Below are positions 12,401-22,324 of a stretch of DNA of 64,000 nt, piece after piece (within the stretch, counting starts at the first letter, position 1; every line of letters begins with the position of its first letter). Location of the stretch: the NCBI GenBank assembly GCA_905178155.1, contig CAJINV010000005.1, positions 798,564-862,563 on the forward strand, in the 5' to 3' direction. The notes under the pieces are model-generated. The model had not been told where the DNA came from, did not search any database, and worked only from the letters and a program-made list of their open reading frames with translations. The position numbers and the translations under genes are program-made. This stretch comes from Amoebophrya sp. A120. Its lineage: Eukaryota > Protista > Dinoflagellata.

Positions 12401-14659
12401 GGATCGCGAAACTCTTCAGCAATTCCAAAGCGTTCTCCTCCGTAGTGCCGGCGTTTGTTCCGCCGTGAGCAGAGGTCTGCCGGGAAGCGCTAGTACCGCT
12501 GCCAGCTGCACTACTTCCGTGATTCATTTGCTGACCACCTCCAGGTGGTTGCGCATTCTGCATGGCATTGGTGAAGCCCCACAGCCCGGCAACCCCGTTG
12601 TTTCCCCCGTTGCCGAAGAAAGCATTAGACCGGGGGATTTCCATGCACATCCCGGCTTGTTCGTCACAGGACACCCCACTCATGGTGTCGTTAACCCCGC
12701 CCGATGAATACATCGCAGACTTTTGTATGTTGGCTGCGGGGAAGAGGTTCAAACTGTCTTTTTGCGGCAGTCCACCGAACAACCCGTCCACGTCTTGTGG
12801 TAACATGATGGCGCTTTTGGGAGGCGAAAAGAAAAACTCGTTTTTATCCTGAGTAAAAACATCCCCACACCAGAGTCAAGATGGGGATTTTGCAACACAA
12901 ACCTAGAACTTTTGGGGGTCACGCATCACAAGTTGCAGTCCGTACTGTAGTGCAGGTTCGCAAGGCCAGCTGCATCATAAATCCATCTACTTATCCTGTT
13001 TACAGCATTACAAATTCCAAAACACGACTAAAAATGCCTCTCCTGGCGATGCGCATTACAAATGTTCCTGTCATTGCAAATCTGCATGACAACTCTGGTG
13101 TGGGGACGTTTTTACTCAGGATAGTTTTCCTCACTCTCCTGCTTCTCCGCGTCCCTCTGCGTCGCTTGCGGGACCTCGACCCGAACCACGCCCTGCGGAT
13201 CATCTCCTCCTGGCTCGAGGAGATGTTGTGTCTTGTTCCGTGTAGCAAAAGACACAGAAGGAACGACTAACTCAGGATCGTGCCTGGTGGGTCTGCGAGG
13301 AGTAGTAGAGCTTCGGGTCCTAGCCGTTGCGGAGGGAGGCTCGTCTGCTGCCGCGGCTTGCGGCGCGGCTACGGATATTGAATGTGGGGAAGTGCTGTGT
13401 CGATTTATTTCTTTCTCATCTTCCCTCGGCGCCACTGGCTGTCGTCCTTGCAGCTCCGATTCATTTTCGCTAGAGCGACCGCTCCTGGGAGTTGTTGTAC
13501 CAGAGGTGTTTTCTCCCGTCACGGGAAGTTGTGTTGGTCCTCTCTCGTGGTAGAAATCCACAACGTTTGGATCTACAACTGTGTTGCCTTCGTCTCGTCC
13601 CGCGGCGACATTCATGTTCCCCTGAAGTCCCGCGAGCTGCTCAGCCTCGTGTATCGGAAAAGCGCCATTGCCGTGGTGCACTCTCGTTCCAGCAGCGCCA
13701 CCACTGCTCCCCTCACCATGCGGCGCGTCGTAGTGCAGCGGTTGAGCGGCCCACTGATTCACCGCTCCGAGTGCAAGTTGCTCCGCCGCACCCTGAATCA
13801 AGTTGGTTCCCTGCGCCGCGTTTTGCATCACGTTCTCGAACAGCTCTCCGACTAGATTTGCCCCGACCTCCTGTACGACCGGTTGCTCTTGCTGCTGCTC
13901 GCTGGCGGTGTTAAAATTCACGGGGAGTTGCTCCCCTCGCGCCAACGCCAAGAGCTCAATCACTGTTGTACCGCTCGGCAGCCCAAGGAGCCATTTCAGA
14001 AACGCGCAAACCGTTTCCAGTGTCCACAGCGAGACAATGAATTCCACCATCCCATCTGGTAGCAGTTCCAACCCGGTCAGGAAGTGTCGGATGCCACTCC
14101 TCCCCCACTTGAAAAACTGCCGGACCGCCGACTGGTCGACGTGCTCCAGTTTCCCCATTGCAATGTCAGACTCCAGCCACCTCCGAGGCTCGAAAAACTT
14201 CAACGCGAGTTGCTCGTCCTCCTGTGGTTCATCATCAGGAGTACTAGGTGCATCTCGTTCTTCAACATCAACCTCGACCTCCTGCTCCCGGCTGTGCTGT
14301 ACCTCTACGTCTTGAACGTTATGATCGTCTACTGCAATTGGGTCAAGAACTTCTACAGGAGGAGGAGAAGGAGGAGGAGGAGGCGGGTGAGGAGGAGGAG
14401 GGCCAAGAACTTCTACACCCCTGCCGACCGGGTCGATTTTTTCGTGGTCGTGTATGTGCTTATGCTTATGCTTCTTCCTCTTGACGACTCGGTAGACGTC
14501 GCTGCCCTGTCCGCTACCAAGCACTTCCTGGATGTCGAATTCCGCGTCGACCGGGGGTTTCGCGGCGTTTGCCGCATTACCGGCGCTCGCGGTGCTTGGA
14601 AAGCGGAGGAGTAGCAACCACGGGAAGCAGGACCACCGCGGTGGCCGGAACATCTTCAT
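9443..14659 (-). CDS. Signal-peptide Ser/Thr kinase-like protein with large insertions and a C-terminal TM helix (~1450 aa; exons 14659-13124, 12839-10409, 10095-10049, 9781-9443)
   Basis: Motifs LGSGQGSDVYRV (I), LALKFF (II), LVHNDVQGGNILL (VIb), IVDFG (VII) and DDMFALGITF (IX). Exons sum to 4353 nt and are in frame after removing three elements plus one TSD each. Confidence 0.85.
9787..10048. mobile_element. Introner-like TIR element, family A (262 bp)
   Basis: TIR tat-N4-tgcaaa..tgtctgggtctggaag; TSD ctctt. Confidence 0.92.
10101..10408. mobile_element. Introner-like TIR element, family C (308 bp)
   Basis: ~40-bp TIR tatgg(a/g)agtgtcaggtttga(a/c)atcgacaaagttgaaataa; TSD tggtg. Confidence 0.93.
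12845..13123. mobile_element. Introner-like TIR element, family B (279 bp)
   Basis: TIR tatcctgagtaaaaac(a/g)tccccacaccagagt; TSD gtttt. Confidence 0.95.
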
Positions 14660-15065
14660 CTTTTTGCTTTGAAGTTAAAGTTGTGTATGATAATGATTAC
14701 ATTTCCGGCGCAAGAAGGCCAAAGCAAAACCATTATGAGTGAAAAACAAAAAGAAAAACCCTTGTCGATTCAAGATATATGGAGACGCTTTTTTGAATTG
14801 AGGTTGACACCGTGGACATTCGGCAACTTTCGCGACATTATATGTCGGTAAGTGCGATGACAATTGCCAGAGCTGAACACGATGTCGTGCCTTTGGCGAT
14901 CAGGAAAACGAAAAGCTTGGGTCGGATTCAAATTGCGTCGGCATCTCTTTTATTCCGGATCCTGATCTGACTCTTTCACCAGAGTCAGGTACGTGTTGGA
15001 GTTGGGAGTCCAATTCTAAAAACAGTCCGTTCTCACGTTTATGTGAAAACAACAGCACCAACTCT

Positions 15066-16340
15066 TCACCCCCGTCCCCAATTCATCTCTGCGGTCCAGG
15101 ACTGCAGCGCGTCCGCCCCCGCGATTTCCCGCTGCTCCTTTGCCAGGATCCGGTGCAGCCGCTGTCGATTTTGCTTCGGCACCGCAAAGGCTTGGTGCTT
15201 GAACCGCAACTCTGGTGCGTACCCCAGTTGCAATTTCACCGCCAACTGCGACCGCAACTTCGGCGCCAGCGTGTCCAGCCGCTCCTGCACCCACTCGCGC
15301 GACCGGTTCAGCGGCAGCTCCGCGATTTGGTAGTAGACGTCGTGCACGCCCTTCGGGTTCCTCGCGTCGACGCGAAGCAACGTGATTCGTGCGTTCTCCA
15401 GGAAGGAGTGCAAAATTTGGCTGCTGTTGTTCGTCAGAAAGCCCTCGAGATGCGCGACGAGGAGTTGATTCATCCGTGTTTTCCTCTTCTCGATGTGTCG
15501 CAAGATCGGGTCCGTCGGGGTTTGCGCCAGCGGCGGGCGGCTCTGGTACAGCTTGCTCGCGTTCGCCAGCTTCCATTCGCGAATCTGCATTCTTTTTCTC
15601 GATTCCAGTTCGTCCTTCCGCATCTGATTCTCCTCCTTCTGCGCCTTCATCTTGTTCGCGTGCTCCGCCTGCTGACTCATGATGGACGGGGGGAAAAGTG
15701 CGTCTTCGGCGGGCGGGTCTGTTTTATCTCCGTTGTTCTTCCCTGAACTTCTTCTATCGCCTGACCCGTCTTCCATCTGCGTTCGGTGGTATTCTTCTTT
15801 TTGTTTTCGCCTTTCCTCCCGCAAGATCTGCCTCATCTCCATCCGCGCCGCGCGTTTCGGGTCCGGAACCTGGTTCATCTTCAGCCACAAGACTTTTCGG
15901 TCCAGCATCAGCTTCCGTTTGTAGTCCGCTTGCACCGAAACCCGCTCCGCGTGCGTCAGATCCTGAAAGAGCGGCATTCTGTCTTTCCGCATTGACTCGA
16001 ACGGGATGCTCTCGCACGCTTTCAGTTTGCGCCGCGTGTCGAAGTCCTGGGGGCGGGTGCCCGGCTCCTGCATCCGCTGCGCGAAGGGATCACTGTGGTC
16101 CATTTCCTCCTCTGGTCTGGGACCACTGTCGTGCAGATAGGAAGGGAAAGATGACGAGGAACTTGCAGAGGTCGTATCTCCTGTCGTTATCAAGTCCTCT
16201 TGTTCATACCCTCGCCGGAACTCGGACGCGGTCTTCGAAATCTCCGCCAACTGCAGTGCCAGGTGCTGCTCATCCAACTTTTGGTAAAAGTTCCGGCGTG
16301 CGGTGGCACCGAAAAAGCGGCGTGAGGGGGGCGGGAACAT
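15066..16340 (-). CDS. rbfA: Ribosome-binding factor A (RbfA), probably mitochondrion-targeted
   Basis: C-terminal RbfA signature (RMNQLL...ITLLRVD...DVYY...LRSQLAVKLQLGYAPELRF). Arg/Phe-rich, acid-free N-terminus MFPPPSRRFFGATARRNF from ATG 16340. Confidence 0.8.
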   Translation of the reverse strand: MFPPPSRRFFGATARRNFYQKLDEQHLALQLAEISKTASEFRRGYEQEDLITTGDTTSASSSSSFPSYLHDSGPRPEEEMDHSDPFAQRMQEPGTRPQDFDTRRKLKACESIPFESMRKDRMPLFQDLTHAERVSVQADYKRKLMLDRKVLWLKMNQVPDPKRAARMEMRQILREERRKQKEEYHRTQMEDGSGDRRSSGKNNGDKTDPPAEDALFPPSIMSQQAEHANKMKAQKEENQMRKDELESRKRMQIREWKLANASKLYQSRPPLAQTPTDPILRHIEKRKTRMNQLLVAHLEGFLTNNSSQILHSFLENARITLLRVDARNPKGVHDVYYQIAELPLNRSREWVQERLDTLAPKLRSQLAVKLQLGYAPELRFKHQAFAVPKQNRQRLHRILAKEQREIAGADALQSWTAEMNWGRG

Positions 16341-17124
16341 GCTCACCAAGTAGACTCGTGCTGTGTTATGTCCGTCGCACACGACTCTGTAACTTCACAT
16401 GAAAAAATCTTCTAACCACGGTTTCCGCAGATCCTTGGTGCGTTCCCTGCTGTCTTCATCCGAGCTAAATCGTGCCCATTGAAGCCCCCGTCGAAATTCC
16501 AGAAATTCCCAGCCGCGGCCCCGGTTCGGGTCCGCAAGTCACCGGACACGCTCCCGGAGCCGATGACGGACAGGGGGAGTAAGGCTTTGTTACTGGCAGA
16601 CCCGATCTTGCTGTCCGTATTGAGGTTGAACAAGTCCCAACGACGGAACAGGACGAAATCCAAAAGCTTCTGGGACCACGATTTCTCGGGGGCAAAACCA
16701 GCAGGAATACGCGACGCTGAGCGTAACAACGATGTGGTTGGCATGTGAGCTATCTACAAATGGCAGTTGTAGGAATAGTCATTTGACGAAGAAGTTTCTA
16801 TTTCTTTGGGCATAGCAAGAAACCACGATGCAATCATCTCACTCAGCAACTAACAATACAATTGCTTGGTATAATCATCTCCACGGCCGGAGCGTCCATG
16901 CGGTATAGTGGAACAAAACTTAAGAATGCCTGTCATTTCTGCAGAACCGAGCTGCCACTCGTGTCCGTGGCATCGCTGAGCTTGGTTTTCCGTGGATTTC
17001 AGCAGCACTGTGGCTCGCAAAAGCCGCCGAATGCGCGTTCACGCCGCGGGAACTAGTAAGGATTGTGGCATTGTGCTCAAACCGATGCGCAATAGCATGT
17101 GCTTAACTTTCTGACTATCTGAGA

Positions 17125-20100
17125 TCATAGGAGACCACGGCGGACCAAGAAGCAGTCTTCCTCTTCGTTCTCGGAGGACGCTGCCAGGATCGCTGAGAGC
17201 TCCGCCTGAAACATCAGGAATGGTACTTTAGTGTAAGCGAGGGAGAACTTTGTCCAACCGCAGCCCGGCATTTCGCCCTTGGATGCCTTCGTGAACCGCC
17301 TCTCATCAAAAATCTCACATGCGACCCGGTAGAAGACGGCTGCCGTGTTCAATTTCAGTGTGCGCAGTCGATTCAGGTCGTCTGCGTTGCTCGGCAGGGG
17401 TCGTATCGGCGCCGCTGTCGAAGTCAAATCCATTGGGGCGGTCCGGTGGGAGACGTTCTCTAGTGCTTCTACTTGTTGGAGGATCTTTTCGCGCTCTTCT
17501 CGTATACGCCGCTTCAGATTCTCAGCGTTTGACCGGTCGTAATTCGCTGGAAGGTTCAAGTTGTTTTGGTGCTGAAGCTTTTTTTTCATCAGGTCCAGTA
17601 CCTCATAATTCTCGAAATACTTTCGGTAAATCTGGGGGATCCATTCGCAAAACTTGGCCAAACGCGCTGACGGTTGAAACTGAGACTTCCCCTCGAAAGC
17701 TGCACTCATAGGGTGGTCCTCTTCTTGTGTCGCGGTTCGGTGTGCGGCAACTTCACTGAAAAAGTCGAGCGTGTCGTCGAGTGGCGCACACGAGGTATCA
17801 AGAGCGGACTCTTCGGGAAAGAGTGTCTTCGCGGCGGCCTCCGCTGCTGGATTCCGGAATTGCGCAGTGTTGATGTGCCCTGCCACCGGGAACACGTGCG
17901 GCGCTGACTGCGCAGTCGCTGCTAAGCGCGGTCGCTTTACTTCACCCCGACGAAAGTCACGCTCTCCGACCGAGGAAGTAGAAAAACCATTTCCGAATGC
18001 CGACTCGAACTGGGGAACCGGTGGTGCTACAATCGGATGGGGAGCCGGCCCTGTTACACACTGGTCATGATTTTCAGAATTATTTGTGCCTCCGACGACA
18101 TGCAGTGGCTGAGAGGCAAAGGCACTTCCATCGCTGCCTTGCGAGCTTTGCGATCCTACACCGCCCAAAAGGTCGCTCGAATTGTCGAACTGCAACGGCG
18201 CGTAGCCAAGTGCAGGCGGGAGAGCATGACGGGATGTCCTCTTTTCCAGTTTTTTCCAGTACGTATCGAAGTCGGTACTCCGATTAGTGCGGAACTCTTG
18301 CTGGACTTCTTTGTGCTCGGAAAAGTAGGAATCAACCATCCACGAGTCGGTTGTTGCGTTCTCCGCAAACTTGAAGTCATGCGCCTTATGCATGCACCGC
18401 AGACAGAAGTCATGTTTCGCGTAGTATCGCATCATCCTATGAATTTTCCCAAGTATCGATCCACTTTTGAACGCGTGCTCATTGACTACCTTGTCGTACG
18501 CTTTGTCAAGATCTTCGATCGCTGCAGAACTCCCCTGGTCTTGTTGAAAGCCAGTCTGCTGCCGCATCGCCTTCTTCGCGAGCTTTTTGTCCCAGTCGGG
18601 CGCGAGCATTTTTGGCCAGATGCGAGCTTTGATGCTCTGCTCCGCACTAAAATCCTCTTCCTCGCCACTCTTCGTTACAAGCACAGGCAGCAGCAGCTCG
18701 CGCACCCTTGCAGTCGCGGCAGTCTCCTCGGCCGTGCCTTTTGCAGGGTAGTGGTAACTAGGCTGTGCGTAGGCCTTCTCGTCGAGCACAGTCGCAAATG
18801 GAATTAGGACCACCTCCTCCAATTCGCGCGTCAGTCGTTGGTCCAATGCTTCTTGGCTGATCCAGCCCAAGGCCTCTGCGTATTGATCACCTGCGCCCAA
18901 CCGGTCGCTCGTACTCTTCCAACACGCGTACAGCTGTCCCACTTTCGCGCTGCACAAATGCGCTGAGAACATTTCCCTACGAATGGTGGCACTCAGATCG
19001 GCAGCGATGGTGAAGCTGGTTGAGGCTGGCTGCCCCGGGGCACATTTCTGCTGCTGCTTGAGCGTTCTCGCTCTTGCCCGCAGGATGTCCGTGGTGTTCG
19101 TATACTGAACGGCCTGGGGGATCAAGCTCGTCACTGCCTCGCAGCAAATCACATAGAACTTGTCTCCGTCCATATCGCCACCCGAAGAGAGATCAACTGG
19201 GGCGCGCGCCCTGCGAGGTACCCCCGACGCATCCAACTGGCCGGGGTAGGTGAATGCCGTGGAACTAAGCACCAGAACGTTGTCCGTCTCATACGAAATT
19301 CCCATTCGTTCCTTGTCGCGCCAGCGAGCGTGGATCTCCGTGTGGCCCAAGCAGCGGTACCGCTGGACATCTGAGATGACGTTCGCTGGCACCCTCGTCG
19401 CCAGGATGTCCCCAGCGAATGCTGTTCCGTTCCGCCGAAAAATTGCCTCTCCTGGCTCGAGGACGCCGTCCTCGTCGGCAATCACAAAGACGCAGTAGCA
19501 GTCTGGGACGTGCAGCTTCTCGTTGTTCAGGGTTGTGGCCATGACATTCTTCTGGAAATGCGCTATGGCCGCAATCGGCAAGAAGGGCGCCGCGGACAGT
19601 GGCCAGCCCCCTTGCAATAATTCCCGCAGCGTCCTCGTGTCCGCATCGCAAAGTTTGCTTCTCGGTAACGCCGCCAGCAACTGCTTCTCAAGTTCGCCCT
19701 TCTCACCTAGTCTTTCACGGCCATCGGCCGAAACGCCCGAGAAAAGGTCCTCCACCTCTTTCACACGGCTGCGCTCCTGGTCCTGCAGAAATTTTTCCAG
19801 CTTCTCCGCGGTACCGGATCGATACGCCAGTGCTTCCAGGAGGATGCTAACTTGATGCGGCAGTCCGTTTTTCAGCGGGTTTACGCGTGCAGAAGACCAG
19901 TCTTTGATCTCGAGAACCCTCTGCGCGTCCGTGAGGGTTCTCCAATCCACGTCTGTCACTTTAAGCTGAGTACGACTAATCAGCAGCTTGTGCTTGTTCT
20001 CCGCTTTTGCCGACACCGTGAACATGCCCTTGACCACCCCCGCAAAGCGGGCCTGAAAAGTTGTCGGAATTTTTTCCAAGCCCAGCGCACTCGCAACTTT

Positions 20101-21816
20101 TACGGCCAACTCATACCCGATCAGTCCGTGCCCGTCATTGCCGATGACGCCAGGCTCCTTCGGGTAGTTCGGATCCTGCGTCACGCGATCAGGGACCACT
20201 TGGATGCAGTCGCCGGGAACCGTCACCGTCGGTATCGTGTCCGTCAGGAGTAAGCGAAATCGCTTCAGCACTTTGCTACTCGAGATCAGTGCGCGCAAAT
20301 TGTTCATGTTGTTGTGGCTGTGAAACAGGTACACATCCAAGATAGATATCGGCTGCAGCACGTCGAGATTGATACTGTGCGGAGCCGGAGCTGCTGTGGC
20401 GGTATTTCTCACTACGTGCAGACCTGCGGGCGCGACTTGCTTGTATTCGTAAGTGCTTTCGGGATCTGGAACGACCAGTCCCTTTTCACGAACGATGGTC
20501 TGCATTTGCGCGGATACTGAAACTGCGAAATAGGTCAGCTGAAAGTGTTCGTGTCCTTCGAAATGCTCACGAAAAGCGTTCTTTTCTGCGTCGTCCATGT
20601 CCACATCTACATCGTTGACACCGGAAGATTCTTCTTTATCCACACCGAACTTCCTGTCCTTCGGCACAGCGTACAAAAACTCGTACCGCCACATGCCGTA
20701 GTCGAACGCAGCGTTCACCTGCAGCTCTTTCTCAAGATTCTCCTTCGACAGCGGCCGCTTGCTGTCGGGGATACGCACAAGCACGTGCAGAAAACGGTAG
20801 GACCCAAAGTGACGGAAAAGAACCTTGGAAAACCGAGACTGGTGGGTCAGAGTCTGCTGGCTGCAGGGCGTGATTTTCTTCGTATGTAGATTGCGGTTGA
20901 CACGAAAGACAACGCCGTTTGCAGGGTCCTTGTCGTCCGCCCACAGTGCCTTCACCTGTTCGCGACCTGCCATTGGAATTTTCGCGGGTTTGTTATCGTG
21001 CGTTTCCCGCAGAAGCCGCCACCAACATCGCGCGAGCTGGGCGGTGCGACAGTCTGCGACAGGTTTTCCCGCATGTGTCTTGATCGTTAAAGCTGGGGCT
21101 TCGGGCGTACTGGACGCTTCCGACGCGGGCAACCGCCGCTTCTGTCCGGCGACACTGGAACTGAAGACATCGGCGAAGCCTCCTGTTCCGGGCCGAGGAG
21201 GTCGGAGATTCGGCGTTATTATGGGTCCCGGAGTAACTTGAACATTTTGATTACGGATCGGCAATCCACCGTTGCTGTTTTCACACGGTTGCTGGCCCTG
21301 TGCTCCTGTTCTTGGCGGAAAAGCTGAGGAAGAAGAGGATGACCCTCCGCCCGTGTGCACTGGTTGGGCAATTATCGCACCATTAGAAAACTGGCCTTGG
21401 TATGTCGTGGCGGGCACTGGCGCCGACGTTCTTTTTGGACGTCCCGACGGCTGAAAAGGCGCGGCGGTCGCTTGTCCCCCAGGAGGAGCAGCCCCCTGCC
21501 CGGGCGACTGAAACAAGCTTTGGAAATTTAGCGCAGCGCCAGGCGGGGCCGCATTCTGAAACTGGCCACAGGGCGGAAGGGAACGGCTCGCCGAACTTGG
21601 GACATTCCGCACGGGCGTCTGCTGCGGCATTGGTTCGTCGCCCAAACGCTCGACGCGCTGGCGCTTAGTAGTGTTTACATTGTTGGCATTTGGTCTTTCT
21701 ACAGCGGGTGGAGTACTAAAAACTTGGGTACGTGGAGGCACAGGGTGCGGCTGTGGCGAAGCCCTACCACTCGTAATCGTGAACAAATTCATAGCAAACC
21801 ATAGATAAAAGTGCAA
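17125..21816 (-). CDS. Eukaryotic-type RNA-dependent RNA polymerase (RDR/QDE-1 family), copy 1
   Basis: Motifs FGSYRFLHV, NDGHGLIG, PTTFQARFAGVVKGM, IADEDGVLEPGE, ILATRVP and the catalytic SGGDMDGDKFYV (~19150-19185). Single 1563-aa ORF; the true start is uncertain. Confidence 0.92.
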   Translation of the reverse strand: MHFYLWFAMNLFTITSGRASPQPHPVPPRTQVFSTPPAVERPNANNVNTTKRQRVERLGDEPMPQQTPVRNVPSSASRSLPPCGQFQNAAPPGAALNFQSLFQSPGQGAAPPGGQATAAPFQPSGRPKRTSAPVPATTYQGQFSNGAIIAQPVHTGGGSSSSSSAFPPRTGAQGQQPCENSNGGLPIRNQNVQVTPGPIITPNLRPPRPGTGGFADVFSSSVAGQKRRLPASEASSTPEAPALTIKTHAGKPVADCRTAQLARCWWRLLRETHDNKPAKIPMAGREQVKALWADDKDPANGVVFRVNRNLHTKKITPCSQQTLTHQSRFSKVLFRHFGSYRFLHVLVRIPDSKRPLSKENLEKELQVNAAFDYGMWRYEFLYAVPKDRKFGVDKEESSGVNDVDVDMDDAEKNAFREHFEGHEHFQLTYFAVSVSAQMQTIVREKGLVVPDPESTYEYKQVAPAGLHVVRNTATAAPAPHSINLDVLQPISILDVYLFHSHNNMNNLRALISSSKVLKRFRLLLTDTIPTVTVPGDCIQVVPDRVTQDPNYPKEPGVIGNDGHGLIGYELAVKVASALGLEKIPTTFQARFAGVVKGMFTVSAKAENKHKLLISRTQLKVTDVDWRTLTDAQRVLEIKDWSSARVNPLKNGLPHQVSILLEALAYRSGTAEKLEKFLQDQERSRVKEVEDLFSGVSADGRERLGEKGELEKQLLAALPRSKLCDADTRTLRELLQGGWPLSAAPFLPIAAIAHFQKNVMATTLNNEKLHVPDCYCVFVIADEDGVLEPGEAIFRRNGTAFAGDILATRVPANVISDVQRYRCLGHTEIHARWRDKERMGISYETDNVLVLSSTAFTYPGQLDASGVPRRARAPVDLSSGGDMDGDKFYVICCEAVTSLIPQAVQYTNTTDILRARARTLKQQQKCAPGQPASTSFTIAADLSATIRREMFSAHLCSAKVGQLYACWKSTSDRLGAGDQYAEALGWISQEALDQRLTRELEEVVLIPFATVLDEKAYAQPSYHYPAKGTAEETAATARVRELLLPVLVTKSGEEEDFSAEQSIKARIWPKMLAPDWDKKLAKKAMRQQTGFQQDQGSSAAIEDLDKAYDKVVNEHAFKSGSILGKIHRMMRYYAKHDFCLRCMHKAHDFKFAENATTDSWMVDSYFSEHKEVQQEFRTNRSTDFDTYWKKLEKRTSRHALPPALGYAPLQFDNSSDLLGGVGSQSSQGSDGSAFASQPLHVVGGTNNSENHDQCVTGPAPHPIVAPPVPQFESAFGNGFSTSSVGERDFRRGEVKRPRLAATAQSAPHVFPVAGHINTAQFRNPAAEAAAKTLFPEESALDTSCAPLDDTLDFFSEVAAHRTATQEEDHPMSAAFEGKSQFQPSARLAKFCEWIPQIYRKYFENYEVLDLMKKKLQHQNNLNLPANYDRSNAENLKRRIREEREKILQQVEALENVSHRTAPMDLTSTAAPIRPLPSNADDLNRLRTLKLNTAAVFYRVACEIFDERRFTKASKGEMPGCGWTKFSLAYTKVPFLMFQAELSAILAASSENEEEDCFLVRRGLL

Positions 21817-22324
21817 TGTAACAAAAAAGGTCCACCGACGGAAAAAAAAGAAACCTTTTTTCGATCAATAACACAGACATCCAAATTCGCCGCTCTTGCC
21901 GTGCTGTAGCGTCAGCGGCACACGAAATGCACATCCAGCTCGAGACAACTACTATGCTGGGATTCTTTGTCTTTTATTGCACTTACGGAATTTCAAGAAA
22001 ATATACGAATTCTCAAATGTGCCAGAAGGTGCTGTGTTCGCAAAAAGTGTCACTGCATCGAAAACCAAAAATCTTTGTTCGTGAAAAATCAGCAAGTCAA
22101 TGTAGGTACAGTGTCAGTTACGAAGTTGGTTCGCTGAAAGTGGGCGCGCGCTTAGTTTCATCACATCAACTTATCATTATCAACGGAGAGCGTGAAGATG
22201 ATCGTATCGCAACAACACTTACTGTATTTCAGAAATCGAAAATCTGTTTTTACTTTCTCTGTTTCATTTAAATACACAAAATTGCAAACCTACCTTGTTT
22301 CCTTAAAGCCTTCACAATGTGTGC

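Noticed and set aside
16412-16744. 110-aa minus ORF between rbfA and RdRP copy 1
   Set aside because: It could be a small gene or exon, but no motif or splice support was found.
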